A stretch of DNA of 64,000 nucleotides from Treponema sp. (GCA_012838745.1 DUOS01000128.1:124-64123); one strand, 5' to 3'; counted from the stretch's first letter, positions 25,774-35,819 are shown. Translations and numbers: made by a program. The notes: generated by a model not told the origin, from the letters alone.

Positions 25774-26664
25774 ATGACGGTACAAGAAGCGTTGGCAAAA
25801 GCCCGAATAAAATTGCAAAACTCATCTCAGGCTGGCAAACCAGTTTCTTCAACACCTTCACTAGATGCCTCAATTATTTTATCTCACGTAAGTGGAATAT
25901 CACGCACTCAACTCATGACACATCCAGAAAAAGATATCACTGTCTACGAAGATGCTTTTCTTTCTGCTATTGTTAAACGCTGTTCCGGATTACCGGTTGC
26001 CTATATTACCGGTGTAAAAGAATTTTGGGGAATTGATTTTATTGTTACACCTGCAGTACTCATCCCCAAACCAGACACCGAGATTCTTGTAGAACGAGCA
26101 CTAGAAATACTTACTACTAAAACAGAATCTACAAAACCAACTCGCATACTCGATGCATGTACCGGTTCCGGTTGTGTCGTAATTTCCCTTGCCGTGTCAT
26201 TTAAACAAATCGATTGCACCGCCTTCGATATTTCGACTGAAGCACTCAAAATCGCACGAACCAACGCTGAGCACATTTTAGGATCAAAAAACACAATTCG
26301 CTTTTTACATCACGATGTACGAAATGCATTCCCCAGGCCTCTAGGAGCAAGCTCTTCGAGCTATGACCTAATTGTATCAAATCCTCCCTACGTCCCCTCA
26401 GGCACCGCGCTAGAGCTTCTCTTAGACGGAAGAGGGGAACCATTACTTGCCTTGGACGGAGGATTAGATGGGCTTAAACTCATTAGGCCCCTTGCCGAGC
26501 ATGCTAAAAAAGCACTTGCTAAAGGTGGCAAGCTTCTCATAGAAACAGGAGAATATAATGCGAAAGCTGCCGCAGCATATTTAAAGACTTTGGGGTTTAC
26601 TGATATACTAGTACATACAGATCTTGCTGGTCAGGATCGGGTTGTGGAGGGAGTGTTTCAATGA
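25774..26664 (+). CDS. prmC: Release-factor glutamine N5-methyltransferase
   Basis: SAM motif LDACTGSGCV and catalytic NPPY (VSNPPYV). Confidence 0.9.
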   Translation: MTVQEALAKARIKLQNSSQAGKPVSSTPSLDASIILSHVSGISRTQLMTHPEKDITVYEDAFLSAIVKRCSGLPVAYITGVKEFWGIDFIVTPAVLIPKPDTEILVERALEILTTKTESTKPTRILDACTGSGCVVISLAVSFKQIDCTAFDISTEALKIARTNAEHILGSKNTIRFLHHDVRNAFPRPLGASSSSYDLIVSNPPYVPSGTALELLLDGRGEPLLALDGGLDGLKLIRPLAEHAKKALAKGGKLLIETGEYNAKAAAAYLKTLGFTDILVHTDLAGQDRVVEGVFQ

Positions 26665-28460
26665 ATGATGCACTAAAACAATTTTTTGTTGATTATTCGT
26701 ATTTCTCATCAGAAGACCAAGTTTTAATTAATAAAGCTTGGGAATTCATGTCAGAAAAGAAAAGAAATCTTTGCCGAACTTGTGGCGAAGATTTTATGGA
26801 TCATCCATTACGTGTTGCTCGCACTCTTGCGGCCCTCAAACTTGATGCAGACAGTATCATTTGTGCTTTTTTACATGGATCGCTTGAAGAACTTGAACTC
26901 ACTGCAGAAGAAATTACATCCCAATTTGGGGAAGGCGTGAGTAATCTTGTACAAGGAACCGCGCGTATATCCGGGCTTAACCTAAAAAACAAAACAGTTC
27001 AGCAGGCAGAAACTATACGAAAGATGTTCTTTGCGATGGTAGATGATATCCGCATAATTTTAATACGACTTGCAGACCGGTTAGACAAAATGAGAAGCCT
27101 CAAGAACTTTCCTCCTGAAATGCAAAAACATATTGCTCAAGAAACCATAGATATTTGGGCTCCTCTTGCCAACCGCCTCGGAATTTCTTTTATTAAAGAT
27201 GAACTTGAAGATCTCAGTCTTAAATTTCTTAACCGTGAAGTTTTCGATCAAATAAAATCTCTTGTTTCCGCAAAAAAAGTAGAGAGATCTAGTTTTCTTA
27301 AACAAGCAGAGACTGAAATTGTCCGCGTCGCAAAAGAGGCAGGAATAGAGATTTCGGTTCATTCGCGCGCAAAACATTTTTGGTCAATATATCAAAAGAT
27401 GAAAAAAAGGAGCAAGGGTGTAGACGAACTCTATGATCTTTTAGCTTTGCGCATTTTATGTAATTCGGTAACTGAATGTTACACCCTACTCGGATTAGTA
27501 CATACGATTTGGAAGCCCCTTGACGGAAGATTCAAAGATTATATTGCTATGCCTAAATCAAACGGATATCAAAGTCTACACACTTCTGTTTTATGCTATG
27601 AAGGCAAGCAACTCGAAATTCAAATAAGAACCCATGAAATGCACAATATTGCAGAAAACGGTGTTGCAAGCCACTGGCTCTACAAAAAAGGAAGCTCGCG
27701 AAAGGTTGTTTCCGCTGAAACGCTTTCGGTTATTAACCAGTTGCGTGAGTTATCAAAAAACCCGTTTTCCGACGAAGATTTGCTTGCAAGAATAAAATCA
27801 GATATTTTAGGTGACTCAATATTTGTTTTTACGCCCAAAGGTGATATTAAAGAACTTCCCGCCGGTTCAACCCCAATTGATTTTGCCTATCATATTCACT
27901 CTGCAGTTGGTGAAAAAATTGTTGGAGCAAAAGCGGACGGCTCCATTATCCCCCTTTCATACTCCCTTAAAAACACTCAGGTTGTAGAAATCATGACTCA
28001 TCCCCAAGCCCACCCAACTTGGAACCAATACAACAATGTACGAACGGCTAAAGCTCGCCAAAAAATTAGAGCATGGCTTCAGGCAAACACAACGTTCTCT
28101 GAAACAGAAAAGTTAGAAAAAACAGAGGCCAAACCTGGGCTGCGCCATGCACATCACAAGGGATCGGCTGAAACTAAACAGGAACAAAAACGTGAATTTG
28201 ATACTGCAGTTCTCCGTATTAGGATTGGGGACTCAACTAATTTTATGATTAAATTCGCACAATGCTGCAGGCCCGTGCCTCCGGTTCCCATAACTGGCTA
28301 TGTTTCGCGCGGACGGGGAATAATAATACATCGAAAGGACTGCACAAATCTTGCCCGAATTCCTGAAATAGAAAACAGGAATATCGGCGTTGAATGGGAA
28401 AACGATTCCTCAAAGGAAAAACCAAGTACAAAGAAAAAAAAGGGAGGAAGTTCTTCTTAA
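26661..28460 (+). CDS. rel: RelA/SpoT-homologue (p)ppGpp synthetase/hydrolase, short form
   Basis: HD domain (DHPLRVA...), synthetase domain (GYQSLHTSV...EIQIRT), TGS (IFVFTPKGDIKELPAGSTPIDFAYHIHS) and a Cys-rich ZFD (FAQCCRPVP...IHRKDC). It ends soon after the ZFD. Confidence 0.85.
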   Translation: MNDALKQFFVDYSYFSSEDQVLINKAWEFMSEKKRNLCRTCGEDFMDHPLRVARTLAALKLDADSIICAFLHGSLEELELTAEEITSQFGEGVSNLVQGTARISGLNLKNKTVQQAETIRKMFFAMVDDIRIILIRLADRLDKMRSLKNFPPEMQKHIAQETIDIWAPLANRLGISFIKDELEDLSLKFLNREVFDQIKSLVSAKKVERSSFLKQAETEIVRVAKEAGIEISVHSRAKHFWSIYQKMKKRSKGVDELYDLLALRILCNSVTECYTLLGLVHTIWKPLDGRFKDYIAMPKSNGYQSLHTSVLCYEGKQLEIQIRTHEMHNIAENGVASHWLYKKGSSRKVVSAETLSVINQLRELSKNPFSDEDLLARIKSDILGDSIFVFTPKGDIKELPAGSTPIDFAYHIHSAVGEKIVGAKADGSIIPLSYSLKNTQVVEIMTHPQAHPTWNQYNNVRTAKARQKIRAWLQANTTFSETEKLEKTEAKPGLRHAHHKGSAETKQEQKREFDTAVLRIRIGDSTNFMIKFAQCCRPVPPVPITGYVSRGRGIIIHRKDCTNLARIPEIENRNIGVEWENDSSKEKPSTKKKKGGSSS

Positions 28461-29095
28461 CGAACTTCTAATATCTCGATAGCAAAGGGTTTTACCGCCG
28501 CTACAAGATCATCAGCCGAAATATTCGATACCTTTACAATACACATCTTTGTCTCTTCATCAGGGCCGTCAAAAACAACTAGGGTAATGATATTTCCTTT
28601 GTTTTCTGCAATTACTCGAGAAATCTGAAATAACTCCCCAGGTTTATCCGGCAAGTACATAGTAAGACGAACGCCTTCTTTACGAGCTCCGAAAAGATTA
28701 ATAAACAATCGATAGAGATCTCCGTCAGAAACAATACCCACCATAGCGTCGCCGTGCATTACCGGAAGAGCACTAACATTATTGTCTACCATTATGCGCG
28801 CAGCTTCTTCTATAACTACGTTTTCATCAATAGTGATGACCTTTTTTTGCATAACTTTTTCAACAAGAAGTTTTGACAAGAGATAACTCATTTCATACAT
28901 GTCTAAGCTTGTAGCAACAGATGGGCTTGCATTTACCAGATCACGCTCTGTAACAATACCAACAAGTCGATTTTTTTTGTCGAGTACTGGCAGTCTCCCA
29001 ACATTTTCCTTTTTCATAAGAGAACGCGCTTCCTGAACAGACATCTCAGGGTGAATGTACAGGGGATCCTTAGTCATGACATACGAAACATTCAT
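28457..29095 (-). CDS. CBS-pair plus ACT-domain protein (AcuB-like)
   Basis: Two CBS motifs (GRLPVLDKKNRLVGIVTERDL; ALPVMHGDAMVGIVSDGDL) and a C-terminal ACT-like fold. Confidence 0.7.
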   Translation of the reverse strand: MNVSYVMTKDPLYIHPEMSVQEARSLMKKENVGRLPVLDKKNRLVGIVTERDLVNASPSVATSLDMYEMSYLLSKLLVEKVMQKKVITIDENVVIEEAARIMVDNNVSALPVMHGDAMVGIVSDGDLYRLFINLFGARKEGVRLTMYLPDKPGELFQISRVIAENKGNIITLVVFDGPDEETKMCIVKVSNISADDLVAAVKPFAIEILEVR

Positions 29096-29119
29096 ACAAA
29101 ACCTCCACTTAACAAGTAG

Positions 29120-29824
29120 TTAACCACCAAGATACGCTTTCTTTACCGCATCATCTGCTAACAAAGATTTCCCAGTTCCAGACTGTATTATATGTCCGGT
29201 TTCCAATATATATGCGCGATCTGCAATACCTAAAGCTTTGAAAGCATTTTGTTCTACCAGTAAAATAGTAGTTCCTTCTGCATTAATCGTTTTAATAATA
29301 TTGAATATTTCATCAACAAGAATAGGTGCTAACCCCATAGAAGGCTCATCAAGGAGAAGCAATTTGGGAGACGACATGAGAGCCCGACCTATGGCAAGCA
29401 TTTGTTGCTCGCCACCAGAAAGAGTTCCCGATTCCTGTCGCATGCGCTCACGAAGCCGTGGAAACAGGGTGTACACCTTTTCCATATCGCGGGCTATACC
29501 AACGCGATCTTTTCTCGTATAAGCTCCCATTTCAAGATTTTCTCGCACAGTAAGGTTTGCAAAAACACGACGCCCCTCGGGAACTTGTATTAAGCCTGAT
29601 TTTACAATTTCATCTGGTTGGAGACTCGTTATATCTGTATTTTCGAAAAAAACGGTTCCTGATGTTTTTTTTAGAATATTTGAAATAGCATGTAGGGTTG
29701 TTGTTTTACCCGCCCCATTAGATCCAATAAGGGTTATTATTTCTCCCTTTGCTACATCAAAAGAAATATCCCGAATAGCTTGTATCGCACCATAATGAAC
29801 AACAAGATTCTTTACATTAAGCAT
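29120..29824 (-). CDS. livF: Branched-chain amino acid ABC transporter ATP-binding protein
   Basis: GSNGAGKTT, LSGGEQQMLAIGRAL, LLLDEPS. The start is moved to ATG 29824. Confidence 0.85.
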   Translation of the reverse strand: MLNVKNLVVHYGAIQAIRDISFDVAKGEIITLIGSNGAGKTTTLHAISNILKKTSGTVFFENTDITSLQPDEIVKSGLIQVPEGRRVFANLTVRENLEMGAYTRKDRVGIARDMEKVYTLFPRLRERMRQESGTLSGGEQQMLAIGRALMSSPKLLLLDEPSMGLAPILVDEIFNIIKTINAEGTTILLVEQNAFKALGIADRAYILETGHIIQSGTGKSLLADDAVKKAYLGG

Positions 29825-30659
29825 AGGATACCGCCTCCTCTCCAAGATAAGCCTTAATAACTGCGGGATCTTTCTTTATATCTTCGGGCAAACCTTCTGC
29901 GATGGTTTTACCATAATCAAGAACCATTAGACGTTCGCAAATACCCATAACAAGTTTCATATCATGTTCAATAAGCAAAATCGTCAGTTTAAATTCTTTT
30001 CTAATAAAGCTAATCAATTGCATAAGCTCTTGGGTTTCCTGGGGATTCATTCCAGCAGCAGGTTCATCTAAAAGCAAGAGCTTAGGATTGGTAGAAAGAG
30101 CACGAACAATTTCGAGCTTTCGCTGCTCTCCATAGGGTAAGTTTTTAGCAAGATCATTTGCTTTTGATCCAATGCTGAAAAGCTCAAGGAGCTCGAGAGT
30201 TTTCTTGCGTTTTGCTTGTTCATCACGATAGTAGGCCTTTGTTCTAAACAAGGCAGAAAAAGGATTTATTTCACGCTGAGCGTGCATTGCTATAAGTACA
30301 TTATCTTCAACAGTAAGATCATCGAACAATCGAATGTTTTGAAACGTGCGTGCAATACCAAGCATAGAAAGCTGGTGTGGTTTTTTCCGATGTACAAGAT
30401 GGACACGGTTACGCGAGTCTGTAAAAAACAAACACCCTTCTGTGGGGGTGTAAATTCCCGACAACATATTAAACACAGTGGTTTTACCTGCGCCGTTAGG
30501 ACCGATTAAACCAACGAGTTCTCCGCTTTTAAGGGTACAAGAAAAATTACTAACAGCACGCAATCCGCCAAATACAATTGAAATATCTTCAACCGAAAGT
30601 AATACATTTGAAAGCCGGCTAGCCTTGCATGGGCTTTTATTCTTTTTGCTCACGGGCAC
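29817..30659 (-). CDS. livG: Branched-chain amino acid ABC transporter ATP-binding protein
   Basis: GPNGAGKTT, LPYGEQRKLEIVRAL, LLLDEPAAGMN. The exact start is uncertain. Confidence 0.85.
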   Translation of the reverse strand: MPVSKKNKSPCKASRLSNVLLSVEDISIVFGGLRAVSNFSCTLKSGELVGLIGPNGAGKTTVFNMLSGIYTPTEGCLFFTDSRNRVHLVHRKKPHQLSMLGIARTFQNIRLFDDLTVEDNVLIAMHAQREINPFSALFRTKAYYRDEQAKRKKTLELLELFSIGSKANDLAKNLPYGEQRKLEIVRALSTNPKLLLLDEPAAGMNPQETQELMQLISFIRKEFKLTILLIEHDMKLVMGICERLMVLDYGKTIAEGLPEDIKKDPAVIKAYLGEEAVSYA

Positions 30660-31626
30660 GCCTCCTCTTTTCCGTTAATCGTTTCCAAATACCCACAAAA
30701 GAAATTTCACGCATACCGAGCATTCCTTGCGGACGGAAAAGCATTACTAATATAAGAATAACCGGATATATAAGCAGACGATAGTCTTTAAGGAACCGTA
30801 GGAATTCCTGCAGGTAAGTTAAAACATAGGCAGAAAGCACAGAGCCGGTAATACTACCTAAACCTCCGAGCACTACAAATATTAGGTATTCAATGCTGCG
30901 GTTAAAAGATGATAAATCCGGTTTAACAAAACCAATAAAAGGTGCATATAAACCACCGGCAATTCCAGCAATAAATGCGGCTATAACAAAGCCGGTCATT
31001 TTATACTTAAACACATTAATACCGTTGGATTGAGCAGCCACCTCATCTTCCCGAACAGACAAAATTGCCCGCCCATAGGTTGATCTAAGAAAATTCTGTA
31101 AAAATACAACAACAAGAACAAGGGTGCCAATTATTGCTACCCAGGCATAATCAGCTCGAGCAGCTAAAGTTGTAGTAAAAACCTTACCATTTGCTCCGCC
31201 GGTAAACCCTTTAAGGTTTACAAACAAGACCCGCAATATCTCTCCAAAACCCAAGGTTACAATTGCAAGGTAATCGCCAGAAAGTTTAAGGGTGGGAAAT
31301 CCAATTAAGAAACCTGCTCCCGCAGCAAAAAAACCTGCTAGAAACACAGATAGAATGAGCGGAATTCCTACAGTTTGTGTAAGCCATATACACACATAGG
31401 CGCCAATCGCCATAAAACCTGCCTGTCCTAAAGACAGTTGCCCGGTCATGCCACAAATAACATTAACACTAATTGCCATAATGGCATTTATTCCCGCTAG
31501 GGTTATAATTTGTGCGGTATAGGCATCTATTACATTAAAGGTAATAAGCACTGCCGGTATAAAAATAACCGAGAGAGCTATAACAGACAATAACAATGTG
31601 TTTGAACGACTTCTCTGCGGTATCAT
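30637..31626 (-). CDS. livM: Branched-chain amino acid ABC transporter permease
   Basis: Polytopic; a LivM-type permease in conserved liv gene order. Confidence 0.8.
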   Translation of the reverse strand: MIPQRSRSNTLLLSVIALSVIFIPAVLITFNVIDAYTAQIITLAGINAIMAISVNVICGMTGQLSLGQAGFMAIGAYVCIWLTQTVGIPLILSVFLAGFFAAGAGFLIGFPTLKLSGDYLAIVTLGFGEILRVLFVNLKGFTGGANGKVFTTTLAARADYAWVAIIGTLVLVVVFLQNFLRSTYGRAILSVREDEVAAQSNGINVFKYKMTGFVIAAFIAGIAGGLYAPFIGFVKPDLSSFNRSIEYLIFVVLGGLGSITGSVLSAYVLTYLQEFLRFLKDYRLLIYPVILILVMLFRPQGMLGMREISFVGIWKRLTEKRRRAREQKE

Positions 31627-32513
31627 ACTTTTATCCGTGTTTTTTGGCCCATTATACCGGTTGGTTTTACCAGTAGAATTATAATAAGAATGGAAAATGA
31701 AATTGCATCGGAATACTGCGACGAAAGGAATCCTTTTGTCATTGTCTCAGCGATAGCAAGAATATACCCGCCAAGCATTGCTCCGGGTACCGACCCAATA
31801 CCGCCGAGAACTGCGGCAACAAATGCCTTAAGCCCTGGCATAGCACCCATGGTCGGTTCAATTTGGGGATACGCTGTTGCATACAATATTCCACCCGCTG
31901 CGGCCAATACAGATCCAAGAGCGAAGGTAAAGGCAACTATACGATTAGCAGAAATCCCCATGAGGCTTGCTGCGTGCATATCAAAGGAAACTGCCCGCAT
32001 AGCCTTCCCTGTTTTAGTCCAGGTAATTATGTAATTAAGAACAAGCATAAGAACAACTGACGTTGTAATTACAATAATCTGAATGTTTGAAATCATAACT
32101 TGGCCGAAGGGAACCATTACAGTTTCCATAGTAGGAAATTGTCTCGGGTTTGGCCCGGCAAAAGGAAGTACACGAACGCCATTTTGCAAGATAAGCGAAA
32201 CGGCAATAGCAGTAATGAGTGAATTAAGCCGCGGCGCAGAGCGTAGCGGCTTATAGGCAAAACGTTCAATAGTAATTCCTGTTATGGCACATACGATCAT
32301 GGATGATACAAAAGCTAACACAAGGCCAAGTGGCGTTGCGCCAACAGCGGTCAGAGTGTAAAATGCTGTATACGCACCAACCATTAGGATGTCTCCATGG
32401 GCGAAATTGATCAATTTAACAATTCCATACACCATGGTGTATCCAAGCGCTATAAGCGCGTAAATACTCCCGAGGGATAATCCATTAATAAGTTGCTGTA
32501 TAAAAATAGTCAC
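31623..32513 (-). CDS. livH: Branched-chain amino acid ABC transporter permease
   Basis: MTIFIQQLINGLSLGSIYALIALGYTMVYG is a typical LivH N-terminus. Confidence 0.85.
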   Translation of the reverse strand: MTIFIQQLINGLSLGSIYALIALGYTMVYGIVKLINFAHGDILMVGAYTAFYTLTAVGATPLGLVLAFVSSMIVCAITGITIERFAYKPLRSAPRLNSLITAIAVSLILQNGVRVLPFAGPNPRQFPTMETVMVPFGQVMISNIQIIVITTSVVLMLVLNYIITWTKTGKAMRAVSFDMHAASLMGISANRIVAFTFALGSVLAAAGGILYATAYPQIEPTMGAMPGLKAFVAAVLGGIGSVPGAMLGGYILAIAETMTKGFLSSQYSDAISFSILIIILLVKPTGIMGQKTRIKV

Positions 32514-32568
32514 AAATTACAACCTCCCAAGTAACTCAAAATCGATCCGCACCACAACAGGTATTCAC

Positions 32569-33714
32569 TTATGGATTAACAGTAGCTTTAAATACTGGAG
32601 TAAGAACACCATCTTTTTCAACGATTTCGAGCATTACCGCAGATTTTGTTGGGTTACGCTTTGCATCAAAGGCGAGATTTCCAGTAACATAGGCTCCTGT
32701 AGTTTTTGCAAGTGCATCACGAATCTTAGCAACATCGGTTGATTTAGAAGCAACAATAGCATCTTTAATAACATACATTGCATCATATCCAAGGGCGGCA
32801 AAGGCAGTCGGTGTTGAATTAAACGTATCCTTATACTTGGAGACGAATTCGATTACTTTGGAATCGGTAGAGTCAGCAGCATAATGATCGGAATAAAATC
32901 CGTTAAGAACTTCCTTACCAGCATTCTCGGTAATTCCACCCCATCCGTCAGCACCAATTATTGGAACATTAATTCCCTGAGCGCGAAGCTGCTTAGCAAT
33001 GAGAGCAACAGTACTATAGTAATCTGGAAGATATATAACATCAGGATTTGCATTTTTAATCTTTGTAAGCTGTGCGTTAAAATCTTTATCACCAGTGTTA
33101 TAAGATTCTTCTGCAACAAGATTTCCACCAGCACCTACAAAGCCTTTTTTAAAGTTTTCATACAAACCAACGGAATAATCGTTTCCCACATCATAGAGTA
33201 CGGCAGCTTTTTTCTTACCAAGATTTTCTGCGGCAAACTTTGCGCCAACAGTTCCCTGGAAAGGATCAATAAAGCAAACACGGAAAATATAATCACCAGC
33301 ATCAGTAATACTTTCCATTGTTGCAGCAGGAGCAACAACAATAACGTTTTGGCTTTGTGCAAGTGAAGTTATAGCCTGAGTACAGCCTGAGGTTAAAGAA
33401 CCAATAATCATTTTGACATTGTCTTTTGCTGTAAGCTTTTTATACGCATTAACGGATTTTTCAGGATTTCCTTCATCGTCTTCTGCAATGAGTTCAATCA
33501 TTTTCCCGTTAACACCACCAGCGGCATTAATTTCCTCTACTGCGATCGCTACGCCATTTTTAGCTTCTACACCATATACAGCAACAGGTCCAGAAAGGGG
33601 GTAAATACCTCCGATCTTGATTGTATTTGTATCAGCTTTAGAGCACGCAGTAAAACTAAGTACCATGAGGGCTGCAACAACAACCGAAAACACAGTCATT
33701 ACTTTCTTCTTCAT
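32569..33714 (-). CDS. Branched-chain amino acid ABC transporter substrate-binding lipoprotein
   Basis: Lipobox LSFTAC. LivJ/K-type periplasmic binding fold (IKIGGIYPLSGPVAVYG). The start is moved to ATG 33714, which follows an AAGGAG ribosome-binding site. Confidence 0.8.
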   Translation of the reverse strand: MKKKVMTVFSVVVAALMVLSFTACSKADTNTIKIGGIYPLSGPVAVYGVEAKNGVAIAVEEINAAGGVNGKMIELIAEDDEGNPEKSVNAYKKLTAKDNVKMIIGSLTSGCTQAITSLAQSQNVIVVAPAATMESITDAGDYIFRVCFIDPFQGTVGAKFAAENLGKKKAAVLYDVGNDYSVGLYENFKKGFVGAGGNLVAEESYNTGDKDFNAQLTKIKNANPDVIYLPDYYSTVALIAKQLRAQGINVPIIGADGWGGITENAGKEVLNGFYSDHYAADSTDSKVIEFVSKYKDTFNSTPTAFAALGYDAMYVIKDAIVASKSTDVAKIRDALAKTTGAYVTGNLAFDAKRNPTKSAVMLEIVEKDGVLTPVFKATVNP

Positions 33715-33789
33715 AAGAACTCCTTCTATAAACATATAAAATATAACTCATAATATGGCATAGGATGGCAATTGTCCAGATATGCCAAT

Positions 33790-33817
33790 AAAAAAACCGC
33801 CCAAGAGGACGGTTTTC
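33790..33817 (-). terminator. Intrinsic terminator closing the ribosomal-protein cluster
   Basis: Minus strand: AAAACCGTCCtcttGGGCGGTTTTTTT, with a 6-bp GC-rich stem (one G.U pair), a tetraloop and a T7 run. Confidence 0.7.
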
Positions 33818-33842
33818 TTAAATAACACGCTTTTTTATGAAA

Positions 33843-34028
33843 CTAAGCGGTTTTAGCAACTTTGGCATTTTTTAGTTTTGCCTTACAGGTTTTACAAATT
33901 GTGACTTTTTCGCCATCAACTTCCTGTTCGTATAAAACTTTTACGCTTTCACGCTTGCATACCGGACAAACGCCGCGTCCGCGGTTTGGAGTTTCTCGAA
34001 TACCTTTCCCACGATGTGCTTTTGACAT
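33843..34028 (-). CDS. 61-aa basic zinc-ribbon protein (CPVC...CKTC), unknown family
   Basis: MSKAHRGKGIRETPNRGRGVCPVCKRESVKVLYEQEVDGEKVTICKTCKAKLKNAKVAKTA. It starts 3 nt after the rplQ stop and lies upstream of the terminator. Confidence 0.55.
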   Translation of the reverse strand: MSKAHRGKGIRETPNRGRGVCPVCKRESVKVLYEQEVDGEKVTICKTCKAKLKNAKVAKTA

Positions 34029-34031
34029 AGT

Positions 34032-34763
34032 TTATTCCTCTGTTTTGTCGGATGCCTTTTCTGTTGGCGTTTCGGATTCTACCGGTTTTTTTACGGCAGC
34101 CTTCTTTTCAACGTCAGCTTTCTTTGCAGCCGGTTTTTTTGCAGCCGGTTTTTTTGGAGCGGCCACTTTTTCAGCTACATCTTTCTTTTCTACAGCAGCT
34201 TTTTTAGCAGCAGGCTTTTTAGGAGTTGTAGCTTTATCAGCTTCGTCCTTTTTTGCTGGAGCATCTTTTTCAGATGATTCTTTCTTTGCTGGTGCTGCTT
34301 TTTTAGTAGAGCGCATCTTCTTTTCAGAAGTGGATTTCTTTTCCTCAGCGGCTTTTGCTGGAGCTTTTTTTGCTTTCTTTTCGGGCTTATCACCGGAATC
34401 CTCGAGCTTATAATCAACAAGTTCAAGAATAGCTACTTCTGCCGCATCACCTTCTCGGAAACCAAGTTTAAGAACACGGGTGTACCCACCTGCGCGCTCT
34501 TTCATACGTGGTCCAATTTCGGTAAAAAGCTTGGCAAGAACTGCCTTATCCATCACAAATTTAGCCACATGGCGCCGATTATGCACGCTATCAACTTTGC
34601 TCCGGGTAATAAGCTTTTCTGCGGTTCTTCTTACTTCAAGTGCTTTAGCTTTTGTTGTAGTAACACGCTCATACTTGAAAAGAGAGGTAACCATATTGCG
34701 ATGCATAGCACGACGATGCGATGCTGTTCGCGAAAGCGGATTAAAGCCGTTTTTATGCTTCAT
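34032..34763 (-). CDS. rplQ: 50S ribosomal protein L17 with a ~115-aa Lys/Ala/Pro/Glu-rich C-terminal extension
   Basis: The L17 core is [37 protein letters not shown]...[15 protein letters not shown]. The tail is ...[15 protein letters not shown]...[14 protein letters not shown]...[13 protein letters not shown]... Confidence 0.9.
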   Translation of the reverse strand: MKHKNGFNPLSRTASHRRAMHRNMVTSLFKYERVTTTKAKALEVRRTAEKLITRSKVDSVHNRRHVAKFVMDKAVLAKLFTEIGPRMKERAGGYTRVLKLGFREGDAAEVAILELVDYKLEDSGDKPEKKAKKAPAKAAEEKKSTSEKKMRSTKKAAPAKKESSEKDAPAKKDEADKATTPKKPAAKKAAVEKKDVAEKVAAPKKPAAKKPAAKKADVEKKAAVKKPVESETPTEKASDKTEE

Positions 34764-35808
34764 CTGTTTCTTCCTTCTGCTTAGGCAACTTGATTGAGTT
34801 CTTCAGATGACTATAGTCTGTCATTCCAAGGCTGAGGTTCCATTCAAGCAGTTTCTCTCTGATTTCTTGGAGACTCTTTTTACCAAAGTTTCTTGTTTTG
34901 GCAATATCATCCTCGGTTTTCTTTGTTAACTCACCTATTGTCCGTATATTTGCGTTTTTTAGACAGTTAGACGATCGGACGGAAAGTTCAAGTTCTTCCA
35001 CCGGCGTGCTCAACAACTGGTGAACACGTTCGTCTTCTTCGTCAAACTCTTCATTTTTAGCCACTTCATCTTCGTCAAAATTGACAAAGGTGGTAAAATG
35101 ATCTTTCGCTATCTTTGCCGCTTCGGCAAGAGCGTCCTCAGAGGCAATTGTTCCATCAGTCCAGATTTGCAGTATAAGTTTATCGTAGTCACCGCGCTGC
35201 CCCACTCGGCAAGGTTCTATATCATAGGTAACCTTAATAACCGGCGAGTAAATAGCATCCAGCGGTATAGTTCCCACAACTTCTATGTACTGTTCGTTTA
35301 CTTCTGCGGGAACATACCCACGTCCATAGTCGACCTGGACTTCGAATTCAACATGTCCACCTTCCATCTGTGTAAAGATGTGAGTAGGCTCACTTCGTAT
35401 CTCAAGCTGAGTATCTCGAGCGAACATGTCGCTTGTTACTGTTACAGCCCCTTTAAATTCAAAGAGGAATGTATCTTGTTCTATAGTCTCTGGAAGACGC
35501 AAACGAATCTGTTTTAGACTGTTCAGTACTTCCAAAGTATCTTCAACAACATTTGGTATTGTTTCGAACTCGCTAGAAATCGTATGAGGAACGCCTTCCG
35601 CATCGTAAGAAGTAATCTTAACTGCGGATATAGCGTACCCTTGTATTGACGATAATAATACTCGTCGCAGGGTGTTTCCAACGGTAGTTCCAAAACCGGT
35701 TTCGAAAGGATATGCCACGAACTTTCCGTATCCAGGATTTGATTCGTCCTGTTCGAAAGTTAATCCTTTCGGTTTTTTGAATCCTTTTAGCAGATTTTTT
35801 CGGGCCAT
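34753..35808 (-). CDS. rpoA: DNA-directed RNA polymerase subunit alpha
   Basis: [33 protein letters not shown]-terminal domain [23 protein letters not shown]. Confidence 0.95.
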   Translation of the reverse strand: MARKNLLKGFKKPKGLTFEQDESNPGYGKFVAYPFETGFGTTVGNTLRRVLLSSIQGYAISAVKITSYDAEGVPHTISSEFETIPNVVEDTLEVLNSLKQIRLRLPETIEQDTFLFEFKGAVTVTSDMFARDTQLEIRSEPTHIFTQMEGGHVEFEVQVDYGRGYVPAEVNEQYIEVVGTIPLDAIYSPVIKVTYDIEPCRVGQRGDYDKLILQIWTDGTIASEDALAEAAKIAKDHFTTFVNFDEDEVAKNEEFDEEDERVHQLLSTPVEELELSVRSSNCLKNANIRTIGELTKKTEDDIAKTRNFGKKSLQEIREKLLEWNLSLGMTDYSHLKNSIKLPKQKEETDEA

Positions 35809-35819
35809 TCGAACTCCTC

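Noticed and set aside
25649-25976. ORFs 25649-25873 (-) and 25737-25976 (+)
   Set aside because: They lie in or overlap the GH5/prmC divergent promoter region and the true prmC frame, and they have no motifs.
33862-34413. 183-aa plus-strand ORF rich in F/A/S
   Set aside because: It is the antisense reading of the Lys/Ala-rich L17 tail and the zinc-ribbon gene, so it is a low-complexity mirror artefact.
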